32,000 nt of DNA from Stenotrophomonas phage A1432, in sequence record ON005621.1, one strand, 5' to 3'. The stretch's first letter is position 1. Every line of letters starts with the position of its first letter. The notes beneath the pieces were generated by a model that made no database searches, was not told the origin of the DNA, and was given only the letters and a program-made list of their open reading frames with translations. The translations under genes were made by a program, and so were the position numbers. Below are positions 7,188 to 15,112 of this stretch, piece by piece.

Positions 7188-10100
7188 TGGCCAAGCCCGC
7201 AAACGAGGAAATCCTCGACGCGACCGTACGCCACCAGATCAAGCTGCTGCGCTTCTCCCAGGGGCAGGCCAATAAGGCCGCAAGCCTCCTGGCCCAGAGC
7301 GACGATGAGCTGGTGGCCCTGCTGAAGACCGAGCTGACCGATACGTCGGCAGCTCGCATCAACGCCCTGCTGAAGGAGGTCCGTCGCATGCGCGCGGCGG
7401 TCGCCCAGGAAATCCAGGGCCAGATCCAGGGAGACATGAACGAGCTGGCTCCCACGGAGGCTGAGTGGGAGTCCTCCATGATCCAGGGGGCCACGCCGAT
7501 GGTCCTCTCATTCAACCAGGTGCCCGCCACAGTCCTCAAGGCTGTCGCGGGTTCTCCCATAAATGGCATCCCGCTTGAGGGCTGGCTCGGCAAGATGGCT
7601 GCCAACGATGTCTCCCGCATCGAGCAGCAGGTCCGGCTGGGCGTACTCCAGGGCGAGACTATTGACCAGATGGTCGGCAGGATCCGTGGAACCAAGGCTG
7701 CTGGCTACAAGGATGGCGTCCTAGAGACCACCCGGCGTGAAGCCGAGATGATCGCCCGTACGGCCACCAACCACGTCTCCACAGGAGCCCGCCAGGCGAC
7801 CTGGGACGCTAACGCAGACATCATCAAGGGTGTCAGGTGGGTGGCAACCCTGGACGGCCGTACGTCGCCTGTGTGCCAGTCCCGGGATGGCGAGATTTAC
7901 CCCCTGGATAAGGGACCTCGCCCGCCAGCGCATCCCAACTGCCGGTCCACCGTGGCCCCGGTCCTGTATGGCGAGGAGATTGTCGGCGATCGCCCGACGA
8001 TCACGGACTCCCGTACCCGACGCCAGCGTGAGATTGACTTCCGAGCTGAGGCCAAGGAGGCTGCTGGCGACAAGTGGAAGAGCATGTCAGTCCCCGAGCG
8101 GAACGCTGCCATCAAGGCTCGCCGTGAGGCCTGGGCTGATGCCAACATCGGGCAGACCCCTTCCTCGACCAATTACCAGTCCTGGCTCAAGGGCCAGTCC
8201 AAGGAGTTCCAGGATGAGGTCCTGGGCAAGGGCAAGGCGCAACTGTTCCGCGATGGCCTGCCACTGGAGAAGTTCGTCGACGAGAAGGGCAAGCCCTACT
8301 CCTTGGCAGAGCTGAAGGCTGAGCTGGAAGGCGACAAGCTGAATGTGATCCAGCCGGGTGTCGGCCTGAAGGCCAAGTCGCTCCTGCAGCAGGGCCTGAC
8401 CTCTGACGAGGTACTGGCCCAGATCAAGCAGGAATTCCCGGATGCCTCTACCTCGGCAGCCTCCATTGCCTCCTACAAGTCCGAGCTCAACAAGGCGGGT
8501 GCTCTGAACCTGGGCCCTGAAGGCAAGGTGCCGACTGGTGCCCTTAAGCAAGCCCAGAACGTGGCCGAGGTCGTCTCCAACCTGGACACCAACCTGCCGG
8601 CAAACCTGAAGCAGGCGATTGGCGGACAGTGGTCCACCGTGGTGGAAGACCTGGATGGATCGCCCGGTGCCTATGGCTACTATCAGGCCGGCAAGGGCGT
8701 CATGCTGAGTGGCAAGAAGCTGGCGGCAGTGCCTGCGACCCAGGCCAAGCAGATCGTCTCCCACGAGCTCGGCCACCTGCTCCACAAGCAGCATGACCTG
8801 ACGCTCGACCCGATTGTCCTGGACGCCGTAAAGGCTTCGGCGAAGGCTCTGTCTCCGGATGCCCGAAAGCTCTATTCGTACTATCTGACGAGCCCTGACG
8901 AGCTCATCGCGGAGCTGTATGCCCAGGCGCTGAGCCCGAGTCCGTTGACGTCCCAAGGCCTGTCGGCCGTGGAGTTCAACAAGGCCTTTGCCCCGGCTAT
9001 CCAGGCCTCCAAGGATGCGATGGCCAAGAAGTTTCCCATGCCGTCTGCCAAAGCTGCTTCGCCGCTGCCTGGTGGTCCGGTACTGCCGTACGAGGTGGCA
9101 GGCAAGCATACCTCGGTGGGATCCTTGGCCAAGGCGCTCCTGCAACAGGGCATGCCCGACGAGCAGGTCCTGAAGTCCGTCCTGGCGGAGTTCCCGGATG
9201 CCAAGACCAAGCAGGCCTCGATCAACAGTTACAAGTCGGAGCTGAAGAAGCAGGGCCTGCTGCCCAACCAGGCTGCCGGCCCGGTCATCGCGCCCAAGCC
9301 CATCGCCGGTGCCGTCCAGGCCCCCGTATCTGCTGAAGCTGCGGTGGCGGCACCTGCTGCGACGGCCGTGACGCCTGCGACTTACCAGGTATCCAGCTCA
9401 GTACTGAAGGAAGCCGGCCTGGACCTGATGAAGCAGGGCATGCTGACCAACCAGGACCTCTATCAGGCGCTGGTAGCCCAGTACCCCAAGAACGTATCGG
9501 ACATCAAGCTGGCGAACATCGCCACCTGGAAGACCAACTGGAAGAAGGCAGACCCTAAGGCCTATGCGGCGGCGGTTGAGAAGGCGGGTAAGGCCGAGAA
9601 GGTAGCCACCAAAGCGGGCCCGACAGCCCAGCCCAAACTCCTGGGCCAGAAGCTGGGCCAAGTGTCGACCAACGTGTTGGAGAAGGTCAAGTCGGCCTAT
9701 GCCGGAGGCGCTTCGAGCCAGCAGCTGCTTGAGACTGTCAAGGACGGGTTCGGCGCCCTGAAGCAGCCGGGCGCAGACGACCTGATCGAGCTGGCGAAAT
9801 ACCAGGTGGACACGGCCAAGGCGGCTGGCAAGCCCTACCTCAACCAGGCCTTCAAGCCTACAGCAACGCCTGAAGCCCCGGCTACCATGAAGCCGGCCCG
9901 GCCGGCGGCTACTCCTCGTGAGGGGCTGCCTCCGCCGCCACGCTTTGATGCCGACCAGCGTTCGGCGGGCGTTAAGAAGTATGCAGGCAGTGTACCAACT
10001 GGGCAGATGGCTGCCATCAATGCTGAGCAGAAAAGGCTGGGGCTCCCGGAGCTAACGAGGGAGGAAGTCGGTGCCATCCGGGCGTATACTGGCAGCACAT

Positions 10101-10507
10101 ACCGGGCGCTGAACAACGCCCTGCGTGCTGGCAAGTATTCCTCAGACCCGTTCTTGCAGGCCTATGTGGAAGCGGCCCAGCATGGTATGAGCAAGATGCC
10201 CAAGTTCAAGGGCGCCACTGCTCGAGGCTTGACCCTGCATAACGACCAGCTGAAGGCTATGCTGTCGACTTACCACAAGGGCGCCATCGTTGAGGACGCG
10301 GCTTTTGTGTCCTCATCATATGGCAACCAGGCCGCCTTCAGTGGCAACGTGTACATGAAAATCGAGAGCAAGACGGGAGTGAACGTCTCCCGCTACTCAC
10401 AGTACGACACGGAGCGCGAAGTGCTCTACATGCCGGGCACCCGCTTCCGCGTGGATAACGTGGAGCAGGTTAACGGGAAATACATCATCAGCATGTCGGA
10501 GGTGTGA
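7187..10507 (+). CDS. Multidomain MuF/SPP1-gp7-like head protein: head-morphogenesis domain, helical repeats, HELGH zincin-like domain, C-terminal ADP-ribosyltransferase-like domain
   Basis: ARTATNHVSTGARQATW...WVATLDGRTSPVCQSRDGEIYPLDKGPRPPAHPNCRST (gp7/MuF-like); IVSHELGHLLH; TARGL, AFVSSSYG and DTEREVLYMPGTRFRV (ART-like R, STS-like and ExE motifs). Confidence 0.88.
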   Translation: MAKPANEEILDATVRHQIKLLRFSQGQANKAASLLAQSDDELVALLKTELTDTSAARINALLKEVRRMRAAVAQEIQGQIQGDMNELAPTEAEWESSMIQGATPMVLSFNQVPATVLKAVAGSPINGIPLEGWLGKMAANDVSRIEQQVRLGVLQGETIDQMVGRIRGTKAAGYKDGVLETTRREAEMIARTATNHVSTGARQATWDANADIIKGVRWVATLDGRTSPVCQSRDGEIYPLDKGPRPPAHPNCRSTVAPVLYGEEIVGDRPTITDSRTRRQREIDFRAEAKEAAGDKWKSMSVPERNAAIKARREAWADANIGQTPSSTNYQSWLKGQSKEFQDEVLGKGKAQLFRDGLPLEKFVDEKGKPYSLAELKAELEGDKLNVIQPGVGLKAKSLLQQGLTSDEVLAQIKQEFPDASTSAASIASYKSELNKAGALNLGPEGKVPTGALKQAQNVAEVVSNLDTNLPANLKQAIGGQWSTVVEDLDGSPGAYGYYQAGKGVMLSGKKLAAVPATQAKQIVSHELGHLLHKQHDLTLDPIVLDAVKASAKALSPDARKLYSYYLTSPDELIAELYAQALSPSPLTSQGLSAVEFNKAFAPAIQASKDAMAKKFPMPSAKAASPLPGGPVLPYEVAGKHTSVGSLAKALLQQGMPDEQVLKSVLAEFPDAKTKQASINSYKSELKKQGLLPNQAAGPVIAPKPIAGAVQAPVSAEAAVAAPAATAVTPATYQVSSSVLKEAGLDLMKQGMLTNQDLYQALVAQYPKNVSDIKLANIATWKTNWKKADPKAYAAAVEKAGKAEKVATKAGPTAQPKLLGQKLGQVSTNVLEKVKSAYAGGASSQQLLETVKDGFGALKQPGADDLIELAKYQVDTAKAAGKPYLNQAFKPTATPEAPATMKPARPAATPREGLPPPPRFDADQRSAGVKKYAGSVPTGQMAAINAEQKRLGLPELTREEVGAIRAYTGSTYRALNNALRAGKYSSDPFLQAYVEAAQHGMSKMPKFKGATARGLTLHNDQLKAMLSTYHKGAIVEDAAFVSSSYGNQAAFSGNVYMKIESKTGVNVSRYSQYDTEREVLYMPGTRFRVDNVEQVNGKYIISMSEV
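8374..8508 (+). repeat. Protein-level repeat copy 1 (KSLLQQGLTSDEVLAQIKQEFPDASTSAASIASYKSELNKAGAL)
   Basis: Shares LLQQG..(D)E.VL..I..EFPDA.T..ASI.SYKSEL.K.G with copy 2. Boundaries approximate. Confidence 0.8.
8762..8776 (+). other. HELGH zinc-metallopeptidase signature codons
   Basis: CAC GAG CTC GGC CAC inside the 7187-10507 CDS. Confidence 0.8.
9118..9267 (+). repeat. Protein-level repeat copy 2 (KALLQQGMPDEQVLKSVLAEFPDAKTKQASINSYKSELKKQGLL)
   Basis: Strong similarity to copy 1. Boundaries approximate. Confidence 0.8.
9388..9552 (+). repeat. Protein-level repeat copy 3, divergent (LDLMKQGMLTNQDLYQALVAQYPKNVSDIKLANIATWKTNWKK)
   Basis: Same spacing and hydrophobic pattern as copies 1 and 2. 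Boundaries approximate. Confidence 0.6.
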
Positions 10508-10508
10508 T

Positions 10509-10781
10509 ATGCCGGAGCCCTTTGAACCAGGTCCGGAGTGGGAAGGCAAGACGAGCTTTGCGCCAGGCGTACCGGATGACCCCGATGCCATACCGGAGCG
10601 GTTCTACCAGGTACTCCTGGGCCGCGTCTATACGCTGACCAGGTGGAAGAACGGGTCGACTGCCAGGGGAGAGGTTACCCTACAGGAGCTCGAGCAGCTG
10701 GCCGGGCAAGCAATCACCAGGGAGGGCTGGTATGACGCATTGGCCAAGTACCTGGGATCGGAACTTCCTGGGTCCCTGTAA
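10509..10781 (+). CDS. Hypothetical protein (90 aa)
   Basis: MPEPFEPGPEWEGKTSFAPGVPDDPDAIPERFYQVLLGRVY...; starts directly after the upstream stop and is followed by a terminator. Confidence 0.7.
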   Translation: MPEPFEPGPEWEGKTSFAPGVPDDPDAIPERFYQVLLGRVYTLTRWKNGSTARGEVTLQELEQLAGQAITREGWYDALAKYLGSELPGSL

Positions 10782-10786
10782 GAGAC

Positions 10787-10815
10787 AGCCCGCCTAATGG
10801 CGGGCTTTCTTTTTG
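10787..10815 (+). terminator. Rho-independent terminator
   Basis: AGCCCGCC-TAAT-GGCGGGCT followed by TTCTTTTTG. Confidence 0.85.
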
Positions 10816-10921
10816 CCGAATGTTGGCTTGCGTCCGTCCAGGCTGGTGCTAAGGTGCCAGCCAACACATCCCGGGCGCGACGCCCAAACAACCCAGCGCG
10901 TGATGCGCAGAAGGAGATAAG

Positions 10922-11704
10922 ATGGACTTCGAGTTCCTGAAGAACCCCACCGTTGAGACCCTGGACAAGGTGCCGGAACAGTTCCGCGGCTTCTACGGTG
11001 AAGGTGAGGGCGGCTTCGTCCTGCAGGACAGCTTCAAGGGCACGGCCGGTGCGGTCGACGGCCTGAACAAGTCCCTCAAGGCGGCTCGCCGGGATGCGGA
11101 CGAAGCCAAGCGCAATCGCCCCGACGTCTCGGCTTACGCCCAGGTCGGCCAGCTCATGGGCCTGGAAGGCGACGAGGCCATGTCGGCTGACGCCCTGCGC
11201 GCCGGCGTCGAGCGCATCATCAGCGAGTCCAAGGACGGCAAGGTCAACTGGGACAAGATGAAGCAGTCCCTGGAGAATGGCTTCAACACCAAGCTGTCGG
11301 CCAAGGACGCCGAAATCCAGGGCATGGGCAAGTCCTTGCAGAAGTACCTGGTCAACTCGGCCGCGGTCAGCGCCATCGCTGCCCACAAGGGCGTACCGGA
11401 CCTGCTGCTGCCGCACATCACCTCCCGCACCAAGGTGATCCGTGACGGCGAGGACTATGTGGTCCGCGTGGTTGACGAGTCGGGCGACCCGCGTGGCAAT
11501 GCCTCGGGCGGGTTCATGACTGTCGAAGACCTGGTGAAGGAGCTGAAGGGCCACTCCACCTTCGGTCGCGCCTTCGAGAGCGAGTCGCCGAATGGTGGCG
11601 GCAAGCCGCCGGGCTCCGGCACCAAGACCCCGGTCCAGCGCCAGGGCGAGAAGTCGGCTACCGACAAGATCAAGGCCGGCCTGGCAGCCCGCCAGCAGCG
11701 CTGA
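10922..11704 (+). CDS. Phage scaffolding/capsid assembly protein
   Basis: MDFEFLKNPTVETLDKVPEQFRGFYGEGEGGFVLQDSFKGTAGAVDGLNKSLKAARRDADEAKR...; charged helical composition and position before the capsid gene. Confidence 0.7.
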   Translation: MDFEFLKNPTVETLDKVPEQFRGFYGEGEGGFVLQDSFKGTAGAVDGLNKSLKAARRDADEAKRNRPDVSAYAQVGQLMGLEGDEAMSADALRAGVERIISESKDGKVNWDKMKQSLENGFNTKLSAKDAEIQGMGKSLQKYLVNSAAVSAIAAHKGVPDLLLPHITSRTKVIRDGEDYVVRVVDESGDPRGNASGGFMTVEDLVKELKGHSTFGRAFESESPNGGGKPPGSGTKTPVQRQGEKSATDKIKAGLAARQQR

Positions 11705-11723
11705 TCCAAGCTTCAAGCCAAAA

Positions 11724-11751
11724 GAAAGGGCGCCTCAGGGCGCCCTTTCTC
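11724..11751. terminator. Bidirectional terminator between convergent scaffold and NADAR genes
   Basis: GAAAGGGCGCC-TCAG-GGCGCCCTTTC, flanked by pyrimidine-rich tails on both strands (TTTCTCGTTT on +, TTTCTTTT on -). Confidence 0.85.
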
Positions 11752-11753
11752 GT

Positions 11754-12251
11754 TTAGCGACGGCTGATCGGCAGCCTGGTTCCCGCCGTCTGCAGGGATA
11801 CCCGCAAGTCGGTCAGGACCTGGCCGAGCCAGTTGGTACCGCGCCACTGCTCACGGTCGTGGCAGCGCGGATCATTCTCCGCCAGGCCGATGCCCCAGAT
11901 CACATCAGTGGGGCTGGCTTCGACCAGCAGTAAGCCAGTCGTATCCATCAGCTGGTCGAAGAGCTTGTTGGTGCTGGTGAACTTTGCCAGGCTGGCACGC
12001 ATCACCACAGCGCGGGACACTGAGTCCCATACCAGCTGGTTGAAGCCCTTGACACCACGGCCGATCGCCTTCTGTTCGGACGGGCTGTCCGACTCCATGA
12101 TGGAGCACAGGGCATAGCCATCCTGGAAGACCCGCGCCTTCTGTGCCATCATGTACTGCTCGGCGCAGTTGTACTGTACGCCATCGATGGTCATGGGCGA
12201 GTGGTACCATTGGCTGAAGACACCGCCGTAGAACAGGTGGAACTTTTGCAT
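11754..12251 (-). CDS. NADAR (YbiA-like) family protein
   Basis: MQKFHLFYGGVFSQWYHSPMTIDGVQYNCAEQYMMAQKARVF...LAKFTSTNKLFDQLMDTTGLLLVEASPTDVIWGIGL...WRGTNWLGQVLTDLR. ATG complement at 12249-12251; the track ORF to 12482 overextends into the upstream gene. Confidence 0.88.
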   Translation of the reverse strand: MQKFHLFYGGVFSQWYHSPMTIDGVQYNCAEQYMMAQKARVFQDGYALCSIMESDSPSEQKAIGRGVKGFNQLVWDSVSRAVVMRASLAKFTSTNKLFDQLMDTTGLLLVEASPTDVIWGIGLAENDPRCHDREQWRGTNWLGQVLTDLRVSLQTAGTRLPISRR

Positions 12252-12276
12252 GGGAAACCCCTTGTAGATCAAACAG

Positions 12277-13188
12277 TTAGACACGCTTGGAGACGGGCTG
12301 CGGCACGACGACCTGGCCCACCTGGTGGACAGACTTGGCTTCCAACACGAAGAAGCGCTCGCCCGGGTTTTCCGTTGCCAGGCGCAGGGCTTCAGACTCA
12401 GCCTGGTCCTGGTGGGACTGTACGACCTTCGGTGCGCGTTTGATGGCGGGCTTGCCGACGCGGGAGCCGTCTTTGTACACATCCCCGCTGGTCACCATGA
12501 AGAATACGCCTTCCGTCAGTTCAGACGTCTCACGGGCCTGGTTCCAGACCACATCGGCCTTCTTTCTGCCGGTCGAACGGCCGACGAGCGAGTCGACGAG
12601 CTGTCGACCTTTGGCGGTCAGGCTCGGAGGCACCTCGCCCGCCGGATCGAAGTCGATCAGGTCATCCATCACCAGGAAAGTGATGTCTGCCGGTGGCAGT
12701 TTCCGCACGTGTTCCATGTTGGAGAAGCCCATGGCGACCGACATGAGGGAACGCACGCGGGATTCCGGCGTCGTCGCCTGCAGGCGCGGCTTGGGCTGGT
12801 TGTGGCTCGGATGCGGCGTCGGGTCCAACACGGGCTCGAAGTCAGAGGCAGCAATGACGCCCTTGTCGACACCCATCGCCTCGAGCCGGCACGAGATGGC
12901 CGTTTCCGTTCGCCCATGGATCTTGGCGAGCTTGGTCAGGTTGATCTTGCCTGCGGCGGCCACGAGGAGGTCCTTGGTTTCAGCCTCCGTCCAGGGAGCG
13001 CCGCCGCGGGGATGGGCCGGCGTGGCGGAGTTGCCGACAAGCGGTGACCACCCGCGCTTGAGGGCGACCGTCTTCGCGGGCGCCTTGAAACGCGAGATGA
13101 CGAGGAAGGCACGATCGCCGAACAACGCGAGGTAGTTGTCGTCAGCATCCATTGCCTCCAGGTAGTGGAGGTCATTGTCGAAAGGCAT
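12277..13188 (-). CDS. Hypothetical protein (303 aa) with Myb/SANT- or HTH-like segment
   Basis: MPFDNDLHYLEAMDADDNYLALFGDRAFL...PWTEAETKDLLVAAAGKINLTKLAKIHGRTETAISCRLEAMGV...; start by CAT at 13186-13188. Confidence 0.75.
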   Translation of the reverse strand: MPFDNDLHYLEAMDADDNYLALFGDRAFLVISRFKAPAKTVALKRGWSPLVGNSATPAHPRGGAPWTEAETKDLLVAAAGKINLTKLAKIHGRTETAISCRLEAMGVDKGVIAASDFEPVLDPTPHPSHNQPKPRLQATTPESRVRSLMSVAMGFSNMEHVRKLPPADITFLVMDDLIDFDPAGEVPPSLTAKGRQLVDSLVGRSTGRKKADVVWNQARETSELTEGVFFMVTSGDVYKDGSRVGKPAIKRAPKVVQSHQDQAESEALRLATENPGERFFVLEAKSVHQVGQVVVPQPVSKRV

Positions 13189-13216
13189 GGTAGATTCCTT
13201 GTATATGGAGGGTATA

Positions 13217-13250
13217 GGCACTATGCCGCCCAGCTAGGCGGTATAATGCC
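13217..13250. other. Near-perfect inverted repeat (14-bp arms) between two leftward genes
   Basis: GGCACTATGCCGCC-CAGCTA-GGCGGTATAATGCC. Confidence 0.65.
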
Positions 13251-13264
13251 ACTGTTTGCGGGGC

Positions 13265-13654
13265 TTACTGTTCCTGCATGCGGCGCTTTGCCCTTTCCCA
13301 GGCATCGTTCCACAGATCGACGGATTCCTGCGACATTCCTTCTTCCAGGTCAGGGCATGGATCAAGCCCATGCTCACGGAATGCAGCATCCATGACCATG
13401 TTGGAGTCGCAGAAATCGCCAGAATGGCAGACGTCGGGGTTGAGTTCAACCCTATTGAGGGCGACAACCTGTGCGTAACCCTCCTCACCGAGAGTTACGC
13501 ACAGGATGGAGACGAACGACTTGGCAATGTCCTCAGCCATAAGGCTGAGGAATCCATGAGACTTTGTCGCCGGCGGAGGCTCAGGTAGGGAGTCACAGCG
13601 GCACTCCCCGAAATCGAACCCTTGACCGCAGATATTACATGAAAAGGCTGCCAT
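13265..13654 (-). CDS. Hypothetical protein (129 aa) with Cys-rich N-terminus
   Basis: MAAFSCNICGQGFDFGECRCDSLPEPPP...; part of the closely spaced leftward set. Confidence 0.65.
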   Translation of the reverse strand: MAAFSCNICGQGFDFGECRCDSLPEPPPATKSHGFLSLMAEDIAKSFVSILCVTLGEEGYAQVVALNRVELNPDVCHSGDFCDSNMVMDAAFREHGLDPCPDLEEGMSQESVDLWNDAWERAKRRMQEQ

Positions 13655-13670
13655 CGTGCTTCTCCCAGTA

Positions 13671-13883
13671 TCAGAGGTCTTTGAGATCTTCGCCGTCGGC
13701 GTAGGACGGAACTTCCCAATGCGACGTCTTCTTCACCTTACCATCCTTCGTGATGGCATAGATGGGAGATTCGTCGCCCTTCGTGGGATGCTCGTACAGG
13801 TCGACGCCATGAACCCTACCCAAATGGGTAGGATTCTGCGCCATGAAGGCGATGGCCTTTTCAGTGGTGGGCTTGTTGCGCAT
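13671..13883 (-). CDS. Hypothetical protein (70 aa)
   Basis: MRNKPTTEKAIAFMAQNPTHLGRVHGVDLYEHPTKGDESPIYAITKDGKVKKTSHWEVPSY...; GAGG RBS upstream of ATG at 13883. Confidence 0.65.
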   Translation of the reverse strand: MRNKPTTEKAIAFMAQNPTHLGRVHGVDLYEHPTKGDESPIYAITKDGKVKKTSHWEVPSYADGEDLKDL

Positions 13884-14136
13884 GAGTGTCACCCTCAAGA
13901 AGATGGAAAAGCTCAATTTCCGCTAAGGTCATAGCGATGGAATACACTGTGGGATCACCAACGATTTGGAAATACGCCCTTCCATCTCGTATGCCTGTGA
14001 GACCCTGAATGGGTTTGTTAAACGCGGCCCTCGCGGCCACGAACATCTCACGAAAGGTCGTTTTGCAGCCACCCACTTTGGGTATGGGCGTGCATCCATT
14101 CGGACGTGGGATTGTCGTCGACGGTTTCCTGTCCAT
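13861..14136 (-). CDS. Hypothetical protein (91 aa)
   Basis: MDRKPSTTIPRPNGCTPIPKVGGCKTTFREMFVAAR...; AAGGG upstream; short overlap with the downstream gene. Confidence 0.6.
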   Translation of the reverse strand: MDRKPSTTIPRPNGCTPIPKVGGCKTTFREMFVAARAAFNKPIQGLTGIRDGRAYFQIVGDPTVYSIAMTLAEIELFHLLEGDTHAQQAHH

Positions 14137-14138
14137 TA

Positions 14139-14546
14139 TCAGCCCTTGATGAGATTGTTGACGGCGTGCATGATTGCCACACGATCACGCTTCGTGAGGA
14201 CTTCGTAGTCCTCAAGCATGCGGATTGCGTTGGTGATCGAAAAACTGTCATCGTCAGTGGCTTCGACGATCGTGAGGACCTTCTCAGCGTATGCGAGAGC
14301 CTCATCCACGTCAAGCATTAGCGGATTGTTAATGTCCGCGAACTCCTGTGCCTCCTCAACGGAGCGGAAGCTCATGACGTCCATGTTGTCGACACCGCTC
14401 GGATGGCAGTGGCTGTTCACATAGTGGGTGAACCCACGATGCGGCTTCTTGTACTGCCCTACATAGTAAGGCAGCTGACGGCCGTCACAGTTAAGACGGA
14501 ACTTGCCGTCGACTGAGACGTGGCGCCCATTTGTATGAAGTGGCAT
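14139..14546 (-). CDS. Hypothetical protein (135 aa), first gene of the leftward cassette
   Basis: MPLHTNGRHVSVDGKFRLNCDGRQLPYYVGQYKKPHRGFTHYVNSHCH... Confidence 0.7.
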   Translation of the reverse strand: MPLHTNGRHVSVDGKFRLNCDGRQLPYYVGQYKKPHRGFTHYVNSHCHPSGVDNMDVMSFRSVEEAQEFADINNPLMLDVDEALAYAEKVLTIVEATDDDSFSITNAIRMLEDYEVLTKRDRVAIMHAVNNLIKG

Positions 14547-14578
14547 GTTTGCGTACCAGGTTGTTGTGGTGTGAGTCC

Positions 14579-14584
14579 ATTATA
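14579..14584 (-). promoter_or_regulatory. Candidate -10 element (TATAAT) of the leftward cassette promoter
   Basis: Exact TATAAT on the - strand, 32 bp upstream of the start codon at 14546; no convincing -35. Confidence 0.5.
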
Positions 14585-14591
14585 TGTGGTC

Positions 14592-14616
14592 TTCCCTCGA
14601 AAGGGAACACTTTTTT
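14592..14616 (+). terminator. Hairpin plus T6 tract, possible rightward terminator or regulatory element
   Basis: TTCCCT-CGAA-AGGGAA then CAC and TTTTTT. Confidence 0.45.
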
Positions 14617-14847
14617 CCCTTATTTCTTATTTCTTTTATCTATTAAAAGAATAGAGATATAAAGGAATCTAAGGCAGTATGAACCCTCTTCTAGGGCTTC
14701 TTGGCATCTAAGTCATTGACCTGGTTGGCAATCTAGGCATCTAGGGCTGCTAGACCTGGTTTCAGCCGTGGCCGGACAGGGCTGGCAGTCGTTTTTCCTG
14801 GGACAACACAGCGCCAAAGGCTCGTACAGGCTCAGAACTGGCTTAAG

Positions 14848-14873
14848 CGCATGATCCGTATACGTTTTATGCG
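14848..14873. promoter_or_regulatory. 26-bp interrupted dyad, candidate operator
   Basis: CGCAT-GATC-CGTATACG-TTTT-ATGCG, symmetric around CGTA|TACG, in the divergent intergenic region. Confidence 0.45.
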
Positions 14874-15112
14874 TCTAGACCAGGCGTTCTGAGGGCTATA
14901 TAGCGTCAGATCGATCAGATTGACCAGCGTTCGCGGGGTTACGCACGGGCTCGGACGCGGCAAAGTCCCGACCATGGCACGCGGTCATGACCATTCGGTC
15001 CCGCGCCGCTGACCCTGCAAAGGCGTGATGCCTTGGCCAGGGGTCGAATCGTCGGGCGATCCGGCACCTCCCAAGCATCCTTCCCAACACGCCTTAATCA
15101 GGAGCATTACCC

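Noticed and set aside
8087-9145. Long - strand ORF (352 aa) opposite the MuF/ART gene
   Set aside because: Shadow ORF; the + strand encodes recognisable domains and repeats.
12252-12482. N-terminal extension of the NADAR ORF as given in the track
   Set aside because: It overlaps the C-terminus of the upstream gene out of frame, and the NADAR-like sequence begins at MQKFHLFYGG (start 12251).
14716-14750. TTGACC-based sigma70 promoter toward the capsid gene
   Set aside because: A TTGACC is present at 14716 but no acceptable -10 lies at 16-18 bp spacing.
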